Shown one piece after another: positions 35,176-44,896 of a DNA stretch of 64,000 nt; position 1 is the first letter of the stretch, and each line of letters begins with the position of its first letter. Origin of the DNA: Thermoflexus sp. (GTDB lineage Bacteria; Chloroflexota; Anaerolineae; B4-G1; SLSP01). The notes beneath the pieces were generated by a model. It worked only from the letters and a program-made list of their open reading frames with translations. It did not search any database and was not told the origin of the DNA. The translations under genes and the position numbers were made by a program. The stretch lies in the NCBI GenBank assembly GCA_020722365.1, contig DYKY01000001.1, forward strand, positions 15,357 through 79,356. The letters are read 5' to 3'.

Positions 35176-35424
35176 ATGGCACGATGTCCCGAATGTAACA
35201 GCAAATTGGTCATCCCGCCTGATATAGCGCGGTGGGATCGTATTTTCTGCGAAGCATGTGGCACTGAACTCGAAGTTGTGGATGTCAATCCTCTGGAACT
35301 CGAGGCAGTCTACGATTTCGAGGATGACGACAATGCACTGGATGAGCTAGAGGAAGATGAAGACGATCTGGAATGGGAAGAAGAAGATGATGATGATGAT
35401 GAAGATGAAGAAGACGAATGGTAG
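35176..35424 (+). CDS. LysW-like zinc-ribbon protein with a ~40-aa polyacidic C-terminal tail ending in EDEW.
   Basis: MARCPECNSKL...FCEACGTELEVVDVNPLELE parallels LysW (CPECGAEL...CEDCGAELEVVGLDPLRLE). Then comes DDDNALDELEEDEDDLEWEEEDDDDDEDEEDEW. Confidence 0.5.
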   Translation: MARCPECNSKLVIPPDIARWDRIFCEACGTELEVVDVNPLELEAVYDFEDDDNALDELEEDEDDLEWEEEDDDDDEDEEDEW

Positions 35425-35466
35425 AGGCTTCTAGCCGTCAGCCTATGCAAATTGTGACGCTACAGC

Positions 35467-35502
35467 GAACAGGCCATCGAGATTTCGATGGCCTGTTCAT
35501 TT
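35467..35502. terminator. Intrinsic terminator after the LysW-like gene.
   Basis: GAACAGGCCATCGAgatttTCGATGGCCTGTTCATTT. Confidence 0.7.
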
Positions 35503-35517
35503 GGTTGGCTGAAGTGA

Positions 35518-37152
35518 CTACATCGCCCGGCGTGATAGGAAGAAGAGCGCGCCCACAGCGACAGCCAGGATCACGACGATGATGCCGGTGATACGCAAAA
35601 CCGTGTTGAGCACGCGGGTAATGCTGCCAGGTTTCTCGGTATCGGCAGTGGTCTTGGCCGGTTCAGGCGTCCCAGAACTCTCAGGCTGGGTTTCGGCCTC
35701 CGCGGTAGCGCCCTCGTCCTGCGCGTAGCCCAGGTTGAGCGAAGAAACCTGCCCGGCGGTCAGAGGGATATTCCATTGTCCGGTATCGGTAAGTTTATAA
35801 CCAGAAGGCGGTGTGTGACGCAGAATGTAGTTGCCCGGCTCAAGGTTCTGGAAACAATAAGGCTCGGAGATTCCATCAGTTCTGTAGGTTCCTGCCGGCC
35901 CAGACATGCCTACGAGGGTGATTTCAGCATTCGGCAACGCCATCTCGCCCTCTTGCCGGAACATGTCGTTATTTTCGTCAAAATACGCCAGTACACACAG
36001 CGAAGTTGTATCACCGGCGGGTGCAGCCGGTAGACTGCCGGCAGCGGCAGGGGTTGCTGTTTCCGCGGGCGCCGGCTCAGTCGGTTGAACGGTCGTCTCA
36101 GGCTGCGTTTCAGGTGTTGTAGTGGGCGCAGCAAGCGGCTTCCCGGAGATGATCACTTCCTGACCGACAACCAGGAAGTCATCGATGACGGTGCCCGCAT
36201 TGAGACGCCGTAACTCGTCCAGGTCTACACCATACTGGATCGCCAGGCCGAGCATCGTATCGCCAGGAACGACAATGTGGACGACCGAGCCATCAGGCCG
36301 TGGCGTGGGTGTAGACTGTGGCACGATGGGGACAGGAGTAGGTTGCACCTCCGAGGTCGGCGGCGGGGGTTCGGGGGTTGACGTGGCAGGCGTGCCTTGC
36401 GAAACCACTTTCAAGATCATATTGTCCGTATATGCATCGTTGTGCGTGTTCGGCCATTTCCCAAAGGAATTCGTGAAGAATGTCACCGCACCGCTCGCGC
36501 CGACGGTAGCCTGTACCGGTCCCACCAACCCAAATTTGTCGTAGTGATAGTAGGGCGAACTCCAAACGATGTTAGGACTATAAGGGTCCGTGCCGCCGTT
36601 GGGGTCGATACCAACCCGAAAGTAGAAGGAATACGGATCGCCACAGGATGTAGCAGGCCCGCTAGATTCAGCACATGACCAGGCGTGAGCATAGTAAGAT
36701 GCTTCAACAACAGTTCCGGGTGCAACGTTGCGCACCACCTGAAAATGACCGGCGTTCTGTTTTCTACTATACGTAAAACACAAAGTGGCATAGTACCCAC
36801 TGTAAATGCGAAGTGGGTCCAAGAACGGTGGTTCTTTGGGAATGACTTTACACTCTGGGCGGCCATAATCGCCTTCCTGCCACCAGGTGACCCACCCCTC
36901 TGGTGTGTAAATTTCACCCCACTGCGTCCCGTTGAAGGTATCGCGCGTCCAGTTATTGGGGTTGGGCGAAGAATTGTCCATAGGCCGGCCAATCCCCTCA
37001 ATTCCTGGATTGACTAACAGGTTCGTGCCAATCTCTTGCTGCAGGGGCGCATTGAGCTCGCGTGCAGCCGCCAGTGGAACCAGAATCAGCGTGGACAAGG
37101 TGAGCGCCAATAACAACAGCGCCCCCAATCCTTTCAAGCTTTTCTTTCTCAT
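35518..37152 (-). CDS. Secreted, C-terminally membrane-anchored LysM-domain protein.
   Basis: Signal peptide. LysM core VVHIVVPGDTMLGLAIQYGVDLDELRRLNAG. Pro/Thr-rich linkers. C-terminal TM GIIVVILAVAVGALFFL. Confidence 0.6.
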   Translation of the reverse strand: MRKKSLKGLGALLLLALTLSTLILVPLAAARELNAPLQQEIGTNLLVNPGIEGIGRPMDNSSPNPNNWTRDTFNGTQWGEIYTPEGWVTWWQEGDYGRPECKVIPKEPPFLDPLRIYSGYYATLCFTYSRKQNAGHFQVVRNVAPGTVVEASYYAHAWSCAESSGPATSCGDPYSFYFRVGIDPNGGTDPYSPNIVWSSPYYHYDKFGLVGPVQATVGASGAVTFFTNSFGKWPNTHNDAYTDNMILKVVSQGTPATSTPEPPPPTSEVQPTPVPIVPQSTPTPRPDGSVVHIVVPGDTMLGLAIQYGVDLDELRRLNAGTVIDDFLVVGQEVIISGKPLAAPTTTPETQPETTVQPTEPAPAETATPAAAGSLPAAPAGDTTSLCVLAYFDENNDMFRQEGEMALPNAEITLVGMSGPAGTYRTDGISEPYCFQNLEPGNYILRHTPPSGYKLTDTGQWNIPLTAGQVSSLNLGYAQDEGATAEAETQPESSGTPEPAKTTADTEKPGSITRVLNTVLRITGIIVVILAVAVGALFFLSRRAM

Positions 37153-37413
37153 TGTTTTGTGCCTCCTTAAATTTAGTTCACAGCACAGTGTTTTGGTTCG
37201 TCCATCCCCTTACAGAACACAACCGCCAGCGTCGCAGTCAAGTCAGCGCCGGCGGTAGGGCCTAACCCGCGAAATCTTGCCCAACGAGTAAGAAAATGGG
37301 CGTCACCGGCCCTCTCCGTTCTGGCTCGTTCAGGTTAGGATGACGAAGTCGCAGTGTGTTTAACAACACTCACGAAAATTATAGCATAGCGATAGGTGTT
37401 GTCAAACACAACC

Positions 37414-38352
37414 TCACTTGCCAACTTTTTGCGCATAGGTGGTGAAAAGGTCGCCCAGGTTGATCCGCAGCGCCACTTCGCGCAGTTTCAGCCACGTCAC
37501 CAGGCGCTCCAAAGGGCGTCCCACCAAGGGCAATAGCGCCGTCACCCGGCTCGCCAGATAACCCGCTTGCAGATAACGGCCCTGCGCCCCCATCCATCGC
37601 ACACGGAATCCGGCCTTGTTCAGCATAGCGACCAACGTATGGCGTGAGAAGTAGAACAGGTGCATTTCCATATACCAGGGCCAACGCCGGCCCATCAAGC
37701 GCGAGAAGAGGCTATCGATGTCCATCGTATGGACGACAAGCAGACCACCAGGTTCGAGCGCGCGCCACGCGGCCTGCAATGTACTGAATGGATCGGGGAC
37801 ATGTTCGATCACGTCCCACATCGTAACCACACTGAAATGACCGGCGGGAAAATCGGCGTTTTCGAGCGTGCCCAGGTGCATCTGCAGGCCCTGCGCGCGG
37901 GCTTGTTCGACCGCCCATGTGCTCGGTTCAATGCCCCAGGCATCCCACCCATGGCGCATCGCAATGTCCACAAAGACACCAGTATGCGCCCCCACATCGA
38001 GCAACCGACGCCCATTGGCGGGGCCGGTAAAGCGTTCCATAGGCCGCAGATGGTGTTCGAAGGTCAACACGCGCCCCTCGCGTTCTTCGACGTACAGGGG
38101 GTCTTGCACGGCTTCGTAGATGTCAAGCACCTCAGCGCTTTGCGGTCTGGGATCAGCATAGACAAATCCGCACTGGTTACATGCGACGATGGGGCCGTGA
38201 TAACCATAACCGCCACTGGTGCAAGCGTAGGAATTCCAGTCGGCATGCTTTTGGCGATCGAGGGTGGAAGGGATGCGCACCACGTAATCATCCGCCCCGC
38301 ACAGGTTACAGCGGATGTGCTCCAGCGGAGGCTCGGGTTCGAGGGACGTCAT
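37414..38352 (-). CDS. Class I SAM-dependent methyltransferase with an N-terminal zinc ribbon.
   Basis: CNLCGADDY...C..C pairs, then motif [12 protein letters not shown]. Confidence 0.7.
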   Translation of the reverse strand: MTSLEPEPPLEHIRCNLCGADDYVVRIPSTLDRQKHADWNSYACTSGGYGYHGPIVACNQCGFVYADPRPQSAEVLDIYEAVQDPLYVEEREGRVLTFEHHLRPMERFTGPANGRRLLDVGAHTGVFVDIAMRHGWDAWGIEPSTWAVEQARAQGLQMHLGTLENADFPAGHFSVVTMWDVIEHVPDPFSTLQAAWRALEPGGLLVVHTMDIDSLFSRLMGRRWPWYMEMHLFYFSRHTLVAMLNKAGFRVRWMGAQGRYLQAGYLASRVTALLPLVGRPLERLVTWLKLREVALRINLGDLFTTYAQKVGK

Positions 38353-39104
38353 GCCGCCTTCCCCAACAGGCGCATGCGGAAGAGACGCAGGACGGTATAG
38401 AGCGCCTTTACAATCTCGTTCCGCGATATTTTGGACACACCCTGTTGGCGGTTCTGGAAAATGATGGGGACTTCACCGACGTTCCAACCGGCACGTTGCA
38501 CCCGGTAAAGCATTTCGATAAGAAAAGAATAGCCGTTGGAGAAAATCTGGTCGAGGGCAATGGACTCTAACACTTGGCGGCGATAACAACGAAAACCGGC
38601 GGTCGTATCGTGCGCTTGCAGACCAAGTAACACCCGAGCGAAGGCGTTCGCCCCCCAGCTCAGCATCTTGCGGGGCAACGTACACTCGATGGCGGCGCCG
38701 CCCGGCACGTAGCGGCTGCCGATCACCAGATCGTAGCCCTGCCCAATCTTGGCAACCATATCGGGAATGTTTTTGGGCGGATGCGAGAAGTCGGCGTCCA
38801 TCGTGATGATGAGATCGTACCCGGCAGCGATCGCCTTGTGGAAGCCGGCAATGTACGCCGTGCCCAAGCCCAGCTTGCCGGCGCGGTGAATGCCATGGAC
38901 GCGGCCCGGATGCTCATCCGCCAGCCGCTCGGCGATGGCGCCGGTGCCGTCAGGCGAGTTGTCATCGACGATAATAACGTCAACGACAACGGGCAACGCG
39001 AGAAGCTGGGTGACGAGCGCTTCGATGTTCTCTTTTTCGTTATAGGTTGGGACGATGACGGTTGTTTTCATTGGTTTTTCCATAGATTTATTCAGGGAAG
39101 ACAA
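38349..39104 (-). CDS. GT2 glycosyltransferase, polyprenol-phosphate mannose/glucose synthase (Dpm1-like).
   Basis: [17 protein letters not shown]...[10 protein letters not shown]. Confidence 0.75.
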   Translation of the reverse strand: MSSLNKSMEKPMKTTVIVPTYNEKENIEALVTQLLALPVVVDVIIVDDNSPDGTGAIAERLADEHPGRVHGIHRAGKLGLGTAYIAGFHKAIAAGYDLIITMDADFSHPPKNIPDMVAKIGQGYDLVIGSRYVPGGAAIECTLPRKMLSWGANAFARVLLGLQAHDTTAGFRCYRRQVLESIALDQIFSNGYSFLIEMLYRVQRAGWNVGEVPIIFQNRQQGVSKISRNEIVKALYTVLRLFRMRLLGKAA

Positions 39105-39487
39105 GTGAAACCTTGTTCGGCGAAATGACGGTCAAAGGTGAAAACCTGACGAATGCCTAAATGCCGCATCAGAGCGAAGCTGGTACAATCCACAAGGCTA
39201 AGCTGTCGTTGACGATGGGTCAGCAAAACATTCACCGCCAGATTGTGCATGTCAACGTCTATCCACTCGATATGGAGTGGGCCCAGCATATCTTCGTGCA
39301 GTGTCGCCACGGCATCCACGCCCAAGCGATGCTGCACCAAAGCCGTAGTCTCAAGCACAATGTAATTACTGGTAATGAACTGCGCATCCTGAGTTAGCCA
39401 CGTTCGCCAGGCTGCGCCCGCCGAAATGTGAAAACGATCCCCGCGATTCAAAATCGCCAGAAATGCAGATGTGTCAACGAAAATCAC
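39092..39487 (-). CDS. vapC: PIN-domain toxin VapC.
   Basis: [13 protein letters not shown]... PIN fold. 4-nt overlap with the upstream RHH gene. Confidence 0.7.
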   Translation of the reverse strand: MIFVDTSAFLAILNRGDRFHISAGAAWRTWLTQDAQFITSNYIVLETTALVQHRLGVDAVATLHEDMLGPLHIEWIDVDMHNLAVNVLLTHRQRQLSLVDCTSFALMRHLGIRQVFTFDRHFAEQGFTCLP

Positions 39488-39747
39488 AGCGCGGCATCCT
39501 CGTAAGCTTGTACCAGATAGAGATCGTGATTCTCTGCCAAATCGGGCAGCTCACTATGATAGCGTCCCACAGCCGCAATAGCGCGACGCCGGCGTTCATC
39601 CGAGGAAACCACCACCTCGCGCTTAGTCTGCAACAGCATATCCACCGCCTCGCGCACCAGTTCGGCTACGGCGACTTGATAGTGGGCCGACAATTCTTTC
39701 AGCACGCGATATTGTTGTTCTTCCAACTGGATTTGGGTACGGATCAT
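39484..39747 (-). CDS. vapB: Ribbon-helix-helix antitoxin (VapB/CopG-like).
   Basis: MIRTQIQLEEQQYRVLKELSAHYQVAVAELVREAV is an RHH pattern. Confidence 0.6.
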   Translation of the reverse strand: MIRTQIQLEEQQYRVLKELSAHYQVAVAELVREAVDMLLQTKREVVVSSDERRRRAIAAVGRYHSELPDLAENHDLYLVQAYEDAAL

Positions 39748-39932
39748 GGCACTCCTTGCTATGATAACATGCTTACACTTTTGCCATCATGATACCATAA
39801 ATACTCGAGACTACATAGCTACTACCGCTCTCCAATATTGAATGCATGACACAGTATGCATTGTAACGTGTTGGGGGAATTCGGCAAGGAGGGAATTATC
39901 AAGACATGCAAGTGGTATGTGAATATGGTGCG

Positions 39933-40742
39933 TCATCGGTTTAGCCGTCGGTACAGAGGAAGCATCAGTCTCAATAACCATTGAGAAACTCGTCCATAAT
40001 GTTTGGCATAGAAATATATCAGACTATCATAGTAAGCGTTTTGTGCTTTTGGATTCTTCTTTAGGCTCTGTCCACCTAAGTGAACAATCTCAACCTGGGG
40101 ATTGTAATATACTTTCCAACCGGCCTTGCGGATGCGCAAACACCAATCATTATCCTCGAAGTACATGAACATATTCTCATCCAGCAATCCTGTCTGTTCG
40201 ATGGCGGCGCGACGCGCCAGCAGACACGCGCCGGAAACCCAATCTACGGGTTGTGTTTGTTCCGTCGCCCAATCGTGGAGATGACGGTGCAAGGCCACTT
40301 GGTTGAAACCACGCCGCAGTAGATAACCCGGCGTAGGATCGCCGCCAAAAGCGTAGGGCTGCGGCGTCCCATCCGGGCGTAACAGGCGTGGACTGACGGC
40401 GCCGGCTTCCGGGTGGGTGTCCATAAAGCGCACCAGGGTGCGCAACGATCCCGGTTTGACGATGGTATCGCTGTTGAGCAGCAAAATGTAGGATACATCT
40501 GCGTTGACGGCGCGAATCCCCAGATTGTTGCCGCGCGCAAAGCCCAGGTTTTCCGCACTGCGGATAAGTTGCACGTCCGGGAAGTCGCGCGCGACCATGT
40601 CGGCGCTGCCGTCGGTGGAGGCGTTGTCTACGACGATGATGTGGTAATCCAGGCCGGCCGCGCCGTCCGGGATGGAGTGCAGGCAGGCGGCGAGGAGGTC
40701 GGCGGTGTTCCAGGAGAGGAGGAGGAGGGCGAGGGTTGTCAT
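39933..40742 (-). CDS. GT2 glycosyltransferase (rhamnosyl/galactosyl-transferase-like).
   Basis: LSWNTADLLAACL...IIVVDNASTDGS, DxD-containing GT-A fold. Confidence 0.7.
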   Translation of the reverse strand: MTTLALLLLSWNTADLLAACLHSIPDGAAGLDYHIIVVDNASTDGSADMVARDFPDVQLIRSAENLGFARGNNLGIRAVNADVSYILLLNSDTIVKPGSLRTLVRFMDTHPEAGAVSPRLLRPDGTPQPYAFGGDPTPGYLLRRGFNQVALHRHLHDWATEQTQPVDWVSGACLLARRAAIEQTGLLDENMFMYFEDNDWCLRIRKAGWKVYYNPQVEIVHLGGQSLKKNPKAQNAYYDSLIYFYAKHYGRVSQWLLRLMLPLYRRLNR

Positions 40743-41680
40743 GAGGGTTGCGCTTTATGGGCGCTCAGCACATAAGTTTCGCCACGTACCCCTATGTGTT
40801 GGACCAACCAATCGTCCAGTTTACGCAACCGCCGGGCCAGTTTGATTTCGCGTTCACGTGAACCAAGCCGGAGATGACCGGCTACTACATTGGCGAACGC
40901 CTGGGGGGTTTGGTAACTTTCCACGACAAAATGTTGGCGAATGAGGTCAATGGCCTCCGAGCCGGTAATATCTTCAAAAGGCGAGCGGGGCGGCAGAACA
41001 AAAGCGGCCGGCGCTTGACGGTTAGGAAGAAGATATTTGTAAACTCGCGCCATCAAACGGTTGAAGATGTGCAGGGGCTTGCGCCAATAAGGGACTTCGG
41101 TGGGGAGGATGAACAAGAAAAAGTAGCGCAATAAGCGCCCGGCGAGCGAAGGTTCCATGTGATCCAGACAAATCAACGCGCCGCCGGGTTTCAGGGATTT
41201 TTCGATTTGCGCCATCAGGCTGGGCAAATCCAACACGTGGTGGAACGCCGCGATTGCCAATACCACGTCATAGGTATTCGCCGCCAATCCTAGCCGATTA
41301 AGATCGCCCACAAACAAGTTGACCGCGCCGGGCCAATGTTCAGCTTGATGGCGGGTCGCAATTTGCCGCATACCTTCTCGCACCAACCCCCAGGAAATAT
41401 CTACTCCATCTACACGGCAGCCCCGGCGGGCTAACTGGATGGCAAGATCGCCACTGGCGCAGGCCAATTCCAGGATATGTTTCCCGCGCGCCACCGCCAG
41501 GTCGAGGGTGTGCGCAAGTAGGTCCCCGGCGACGACCGCGGCCAGTTCTGGATCCCGCGTCGCAGCCAGACTCATATCTACCTCGCCACGCGCCCGACGC
41601 TCCCAGAAGTCCGCTTCTTGACGGAGCATTTCGTAGTATGCAGGTGTACCAATATCGTCGGTTGAGATTTTGTTTGGCAT
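40739..41680 (-). CDS. Class I SAM-dependent methyltransferase.
   Basis: Motif I ILELACASGDLAIQLA. Confidence 0.65.
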   Translation of the reverse strand: MPNKISTDDIGTPAYYEMLRQEADFWERRARGEVDMSLAATRDPELAAVVAGDLLAHTLDLAVARGKHILELACASGDLAIQLARRGCRVDGVDISWGLVREGMRQIATRHQAEHWPGAVNLFVGDLNRLGLAANTYDVVLAIAAFHHVLDLPSLMAQIEKSLKPGGALICLDHMEPSLAGRLLRYFFLFILPTEVPYWRKPLHIFNRLMARVYKYLLPNRQAPAAFVLPPRSPFEDITGSEAIDLIRQHFVVESYQTPQAFANVVAGHLRLGSREREIKLARRLRKLDDWLVQHIGVRGETYVLSAHKAQPS

Positions 41681-41702
41681 AAGCCTTCCTTAAATTGGGA
41701 AA

Positions 41703-42857
41703 TTATCCGGCATTGATAAGCTGCAAAATCGTAGTGACGCGCTGCTGCCAATCGTGGGCAGCCGCCACAGCCTCCGCTTGCTGATGGAAAACGCAGGCTG
41801 CGGTATTCTGGGCAACCTGGAGGGCGGCGGCTACCCATGCCTGGGGTGAATCGGCCAGCGTACACCAGTCCGCATAACGGGCCAGTTCTTGCGTTGCCGT
41901 CGCCACAACCGGCACTCCCGCCGCCGCATATTCAAACAACTTAACGGGGTTCACGGCCTGTGTCAATGGCCCTATTTTAAACGGGATCAAAGCCACATCG
42001 AAGCCGGCCAGGTATTCGGGCAATTGGGTATAGGGGCGCGGCCCCAGGATATGCAGATTAGCCGGTAATGAGGTGGGTGGGGGGATTTCCCATGGGCCGA
42101 TAACAATCACACTGCTATGCGGGGCAGCTTGCGCCAGGGCCATCATGCTGTCTAAGTCAGTCCACGGCCCAATGGTCCCAATGTAGCCGAAACGCGGATG
42201 CGGGTAGGTCTGTAGATCGGCAGCTTCGGTCAACCCGGCGCGCGCACGGGAAAAATGTGCTACATCCACACCGTTTGGAATCAGGTGGGTGTTGGCATTG
42301 ATCTGGCGGCATTTTTCTAGCAGGGGCTGTGCTGTCGCCAGTACGAGATCGGCGCGGCGGAGTAAATCGCGCTCCATCGCGGTGATGAGGGCGTGTTCCT
42401 GTCCGCTGAAAAAACCAGGGTAGTTATCCATGCAATCGAAGACTACCCGGCGCTCATGCAAATGGCCCATAAGATCAACATCGGTGGGGAAAGACAGCCA
42501 GAGCAAGGGGGCGGAGATAGCCAGGCGGCGCATGATCGGACGTAATTGAGCCGCCAACCACCGCTGATTCAGGCGGTTAATGTTCCGCGCCCGACGGCTA
42601 AAGGGCAAGGCCGGGGCAGGAGTGAAGAGCCACAAGGATTCACCCAATGACTCCAGGGTGGGTCGCCAACGCCGTCGCGTCGTTTGGCGCATCGTTCGCC
42701 AAATGTGCGTGGCAAAGGAGTAGCTGACCGGATTTACATACAGGACCCGGTGGGTCGCAGCCAGCCGTTCGGCCAGATGCTGTGGGCGTTGTTTGATGCT
42801 GCGCCAATCGTTGACGCCACAAAAAACGATGTCATTCATACGCGCGGCCCAGCCCAC
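41703..42857 (-). CDS. Glycosyltransferase, GT-B fold (GT1/GT4-like).
   Basis: Length and C-terminal GT-B pattern. Tentative. Confidence 0.5.
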   Translation of the reverse strand: MGWAARMNDIVFCGVNDWRSIKQRPQHLAERLAATHRVLYVNPVSYSFATHIWRTMRQTTRRRWRPTLESLGESLWLFTPAPALPFSRRARNINRLNQRWLAAQLRPIMRRLAISAPLLWLSFPTDVDLMGHLHERRVVFDCMDNYPGFFSGQEHALITAMERDLLRRADLVLATAQPLLEKCRQINANTHLIPNGVDVAHFSRARAGLTEAADLQTYPHPRFGYIGTIGPWTDLDSMMALAQAAPHSSVIVIGPWEIPPPTSLPANLHILGPRPYTQLPEYLAGFDVALIPFKIGPLTQAVNPVKLFEYAAAGVPVVATATQELARYADWCTLADSPQAWVAAALQVAQNTAACVFHQQAEAVAAAHDWQQRVTTILQLINAG

Positions 42858-43975
42858 CAGTTTTCAAGTATATCTACAATACGTTTTGCGGTCTGACCGT
42901 CGCCATACGGATTGCTGGCCTGGGCCATCGCGCTATAGGCGTGTTGATCGGAAAGCAGATGGGTGGTTTCCCTGACGATTGACTCCGTATCTGTGCCCAC
43001 CACGCGCAGGGTGCCGGCGGCAATGCCCTCAGGACGCTCGGTAACGTTGCGCAATACCAGCACCGGCTTTCCCAGACTTGGCGCTTCTTCCTGAATGCCG
43101 CCCGAATCGGTGAGAATCAGATAGGCGCGTTGCATCAGATGAACAAACGGTTCGTAATCCAGCGGCTCGACCAGGTGGACGCGCGCGACCTGGCTTAACT
43201 CGGCCTCCACGATTTGCCGCACAACCGGGTTTTTATGGACGGAAAAAACTATAACGATATCGTTGAAAGCCTGCACCAACTGCCGGATGGCTGCGCAGAT
43301 ATTCCGAATAGGTTGGCCCCAGTTTTCCCGGCGGTGGGCCGTGACCAGAAGCACGCGTGCTCGATCAAAATTCAGGCTATTCAAAGGCGCGGTATCGAAC
43401 GTGTAAGGACGGTGTGCGACGGACAAAAGCGCATCAATGACAGTATTCCCGGTAACGTAAATGTGGGCGTCGGGTATATTTTCGCGCAAGAGGTGCTCGC
43501 GGGCTGCTGGTGTAGGCGCAAAGTGCAGGTCGGCCAAAACGCTGGTGAGCCGCCGATTCATTTCTTCCGGGAAGGGTTGGAATTTGTCGTAGGTGCGCAA
43601 ACCCGCCTCGATGTGGCCGATGGGGATTTTGAGATAGTAAGCTGCCAATGAGGCCGCCAAGACTGTCGTTGTGTCGCCTTGCACCAACACAATGTCGGGG
43701 CGCTCTGTTTCCAGAATCGGCTTGAGGCTCAGCATGGCCTGCGTCGTGATCTCGAAGGGGCTTTGTCCGGCGCGCATCAGGTCTAAATCGTAATCGGGCG
43801 TGATGGCAAACAGGCGCAAGACCTGATCGAGCATCTCGCGGTGTTGCGCAGTAACCACCACAACCTGGCGCAAGCGGTCGGGGCGTTGGGCGAGGCATTG
43901 AATGACCGGCGCCATCTTAATGGCCTCGGGGCGGGTGCCGAAAATGGTCATGACCTTAACTAACTTTGACAGCAT
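42836..43975 (-). CDS. wecB: UDP-N-acetylglucosamine (or UDP-2,3-diacetamido-hexuronate) 2-epimerase, non-hydrolysing (WecB/WbpI family).
   Basis: MTIFGTRPEAIKMAPVI N-terminus and full-length epimerase_2 pattern. Confidence 0.8.
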   Translation of the reverse strand: MLSKLVKVMTIFGTRPEAIKMAPVIQCLAQRPDRLRQVVVVTAQHREMLDQVLRLFAITPDYDLDLMRAGQSPFEITTQAMLSLKPILETERPDIVLVQGDTTTVLAASLAAYYLKIPIGHIEAGLRTYDKFQPFPEEMNRRLTSVLADLHFAPTPAAREHLLRENIPDAHIYVTGNTVIDALLSVAHRPYTFDTAPLNSLNFDRARVLLVTAHRRENWGQPIRNICAAIRQLVQAFNDIVIVFSVHKNPVVRQIVEAELSQVARVHLVEPLDYEPFVHLMQRAYLILTDSGGIQEEAPSLGKPVLVLRNVTERPEGIAAGTLRVVGTDTESIVRETTHLLSDQHAYSAMAQASNPYGDGQTAKRIVDILENWWAGPRV

Positions 43976-44894
43976 ACACCTCCAGAGTATGTCCCAGCCC
44001 GGCCATTTCCAGAGGGCTTAATGCCATCTCTTTCAATCGAATCAGGGCTTGGATGGGTGCACTTTGCAAAACGGGTGCTGGCTTACTGATTCCAGGGTGA
44101 GACTGAGATACCGCCGTAGCTACAGAGGTGTTCTTACCAAATATCCGACGAAATGAAGGGTCAACTTTGCGGGTGCGAATATGGGATATTCGAAAACCGG
44201 CAGATTTCAACGCAAATGTAAGTGTCTGGGGTGTAAAGAAGAGCAAATGTTCCCTTGATACATGATAGCCATACCAATCTGGCCCTTCTTGACGCGCGCG
44301 CAGACTGGCGGCATTAGGCGTCGAAAGGGCAACAACGCCGCCGGGTTTAAGGATCCGCGCTATTTGACCGAGTTCATCAAGTGGAGAACGAACATGTTCG
44401 ATTACTTCCCACAAGGTGACAACATCCACTGATGCATCAGGCAAATCTGCTGTTTGCAAAGTTCCGCCGATGACGTCCAATCCAGATTCGCGCGCTATTT
44501 TAACTGCCGGCGCAGATAATTCGACCCCCAACGGTTGCCATCCCGCTTTACCAGCAAGTAACAAAAACCTGCCAAACGCACATCCCACATCCAATAGTGT
44601 GCCGCGTTGCGGGTGCAAGCGAGCAAGCTCATGAAGCCGATCCTGTTCCACTTTTGAAGCAATAAGCGGGCCAACCTTGTAGATTGAATAGCCAATCTGA
44701 GTTCCTACATGGGCTTCGAAGTAATCTGCTTTTTGGTAGATAGAATTCAATGCTTCTTCTGAAGGAAATGGATGAACACAACAAAGTGAACAGTTACAGC
44801 AACGAACAATCGTCCGTCCATCTGTTTCCCGGACTATGAGTTCGGCTTTATTTCCGTTACATAGTACACATGAAAATGTTGATTCTATAGCCAT
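43956..44894 (-). CDS. Class I SAM-dependent methyltransferase with an N-terminal Cys-rich zinc ribbon.
   Basis: CVLCNG...CCNCSLCC, then LLDVGCAFGRF. Confidence 0.7.
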   Translation of the reverse strand: MAIESTFSCVLCNGNKAELIVRETDGRTIVRCCNCSLCCVHPFPSEEALNSIYQKADYFEAHVGTQIGYSIYKVGPLIASKVEQDRLHELARLHPQRGTLLDVGCAFGRFLLLAGKAGWQPLGVELSAPAVKIARESGLDVIGGTLQTADLPDASVDVVTLWEVIEHVRSPLDELGQIARILKPGGVVALSTPNAASLRARQEGPDWYGYHVSREHLLFFTPQTLTFALKSAGFRISHIRTRKVDPSFRRIFGKNTSVATAVSQSHPGISKPAPVLQSAPIQALIRLKEMALSPLEMAGLGHTLEVYAVKVS

Positions 44895-44896
44895 CT

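Noticed and set aside
35176-35424. Calling the zinc-ribbon acidic protein a bona fide LysW lysine-biosynthesis carrier.
   Set aside because: The C-terminus ends in Trp, not the conserved reactive Glu of EDWGE. No LysX/LysZ/LysY genes are adjacent. Kept only as LysW-like.
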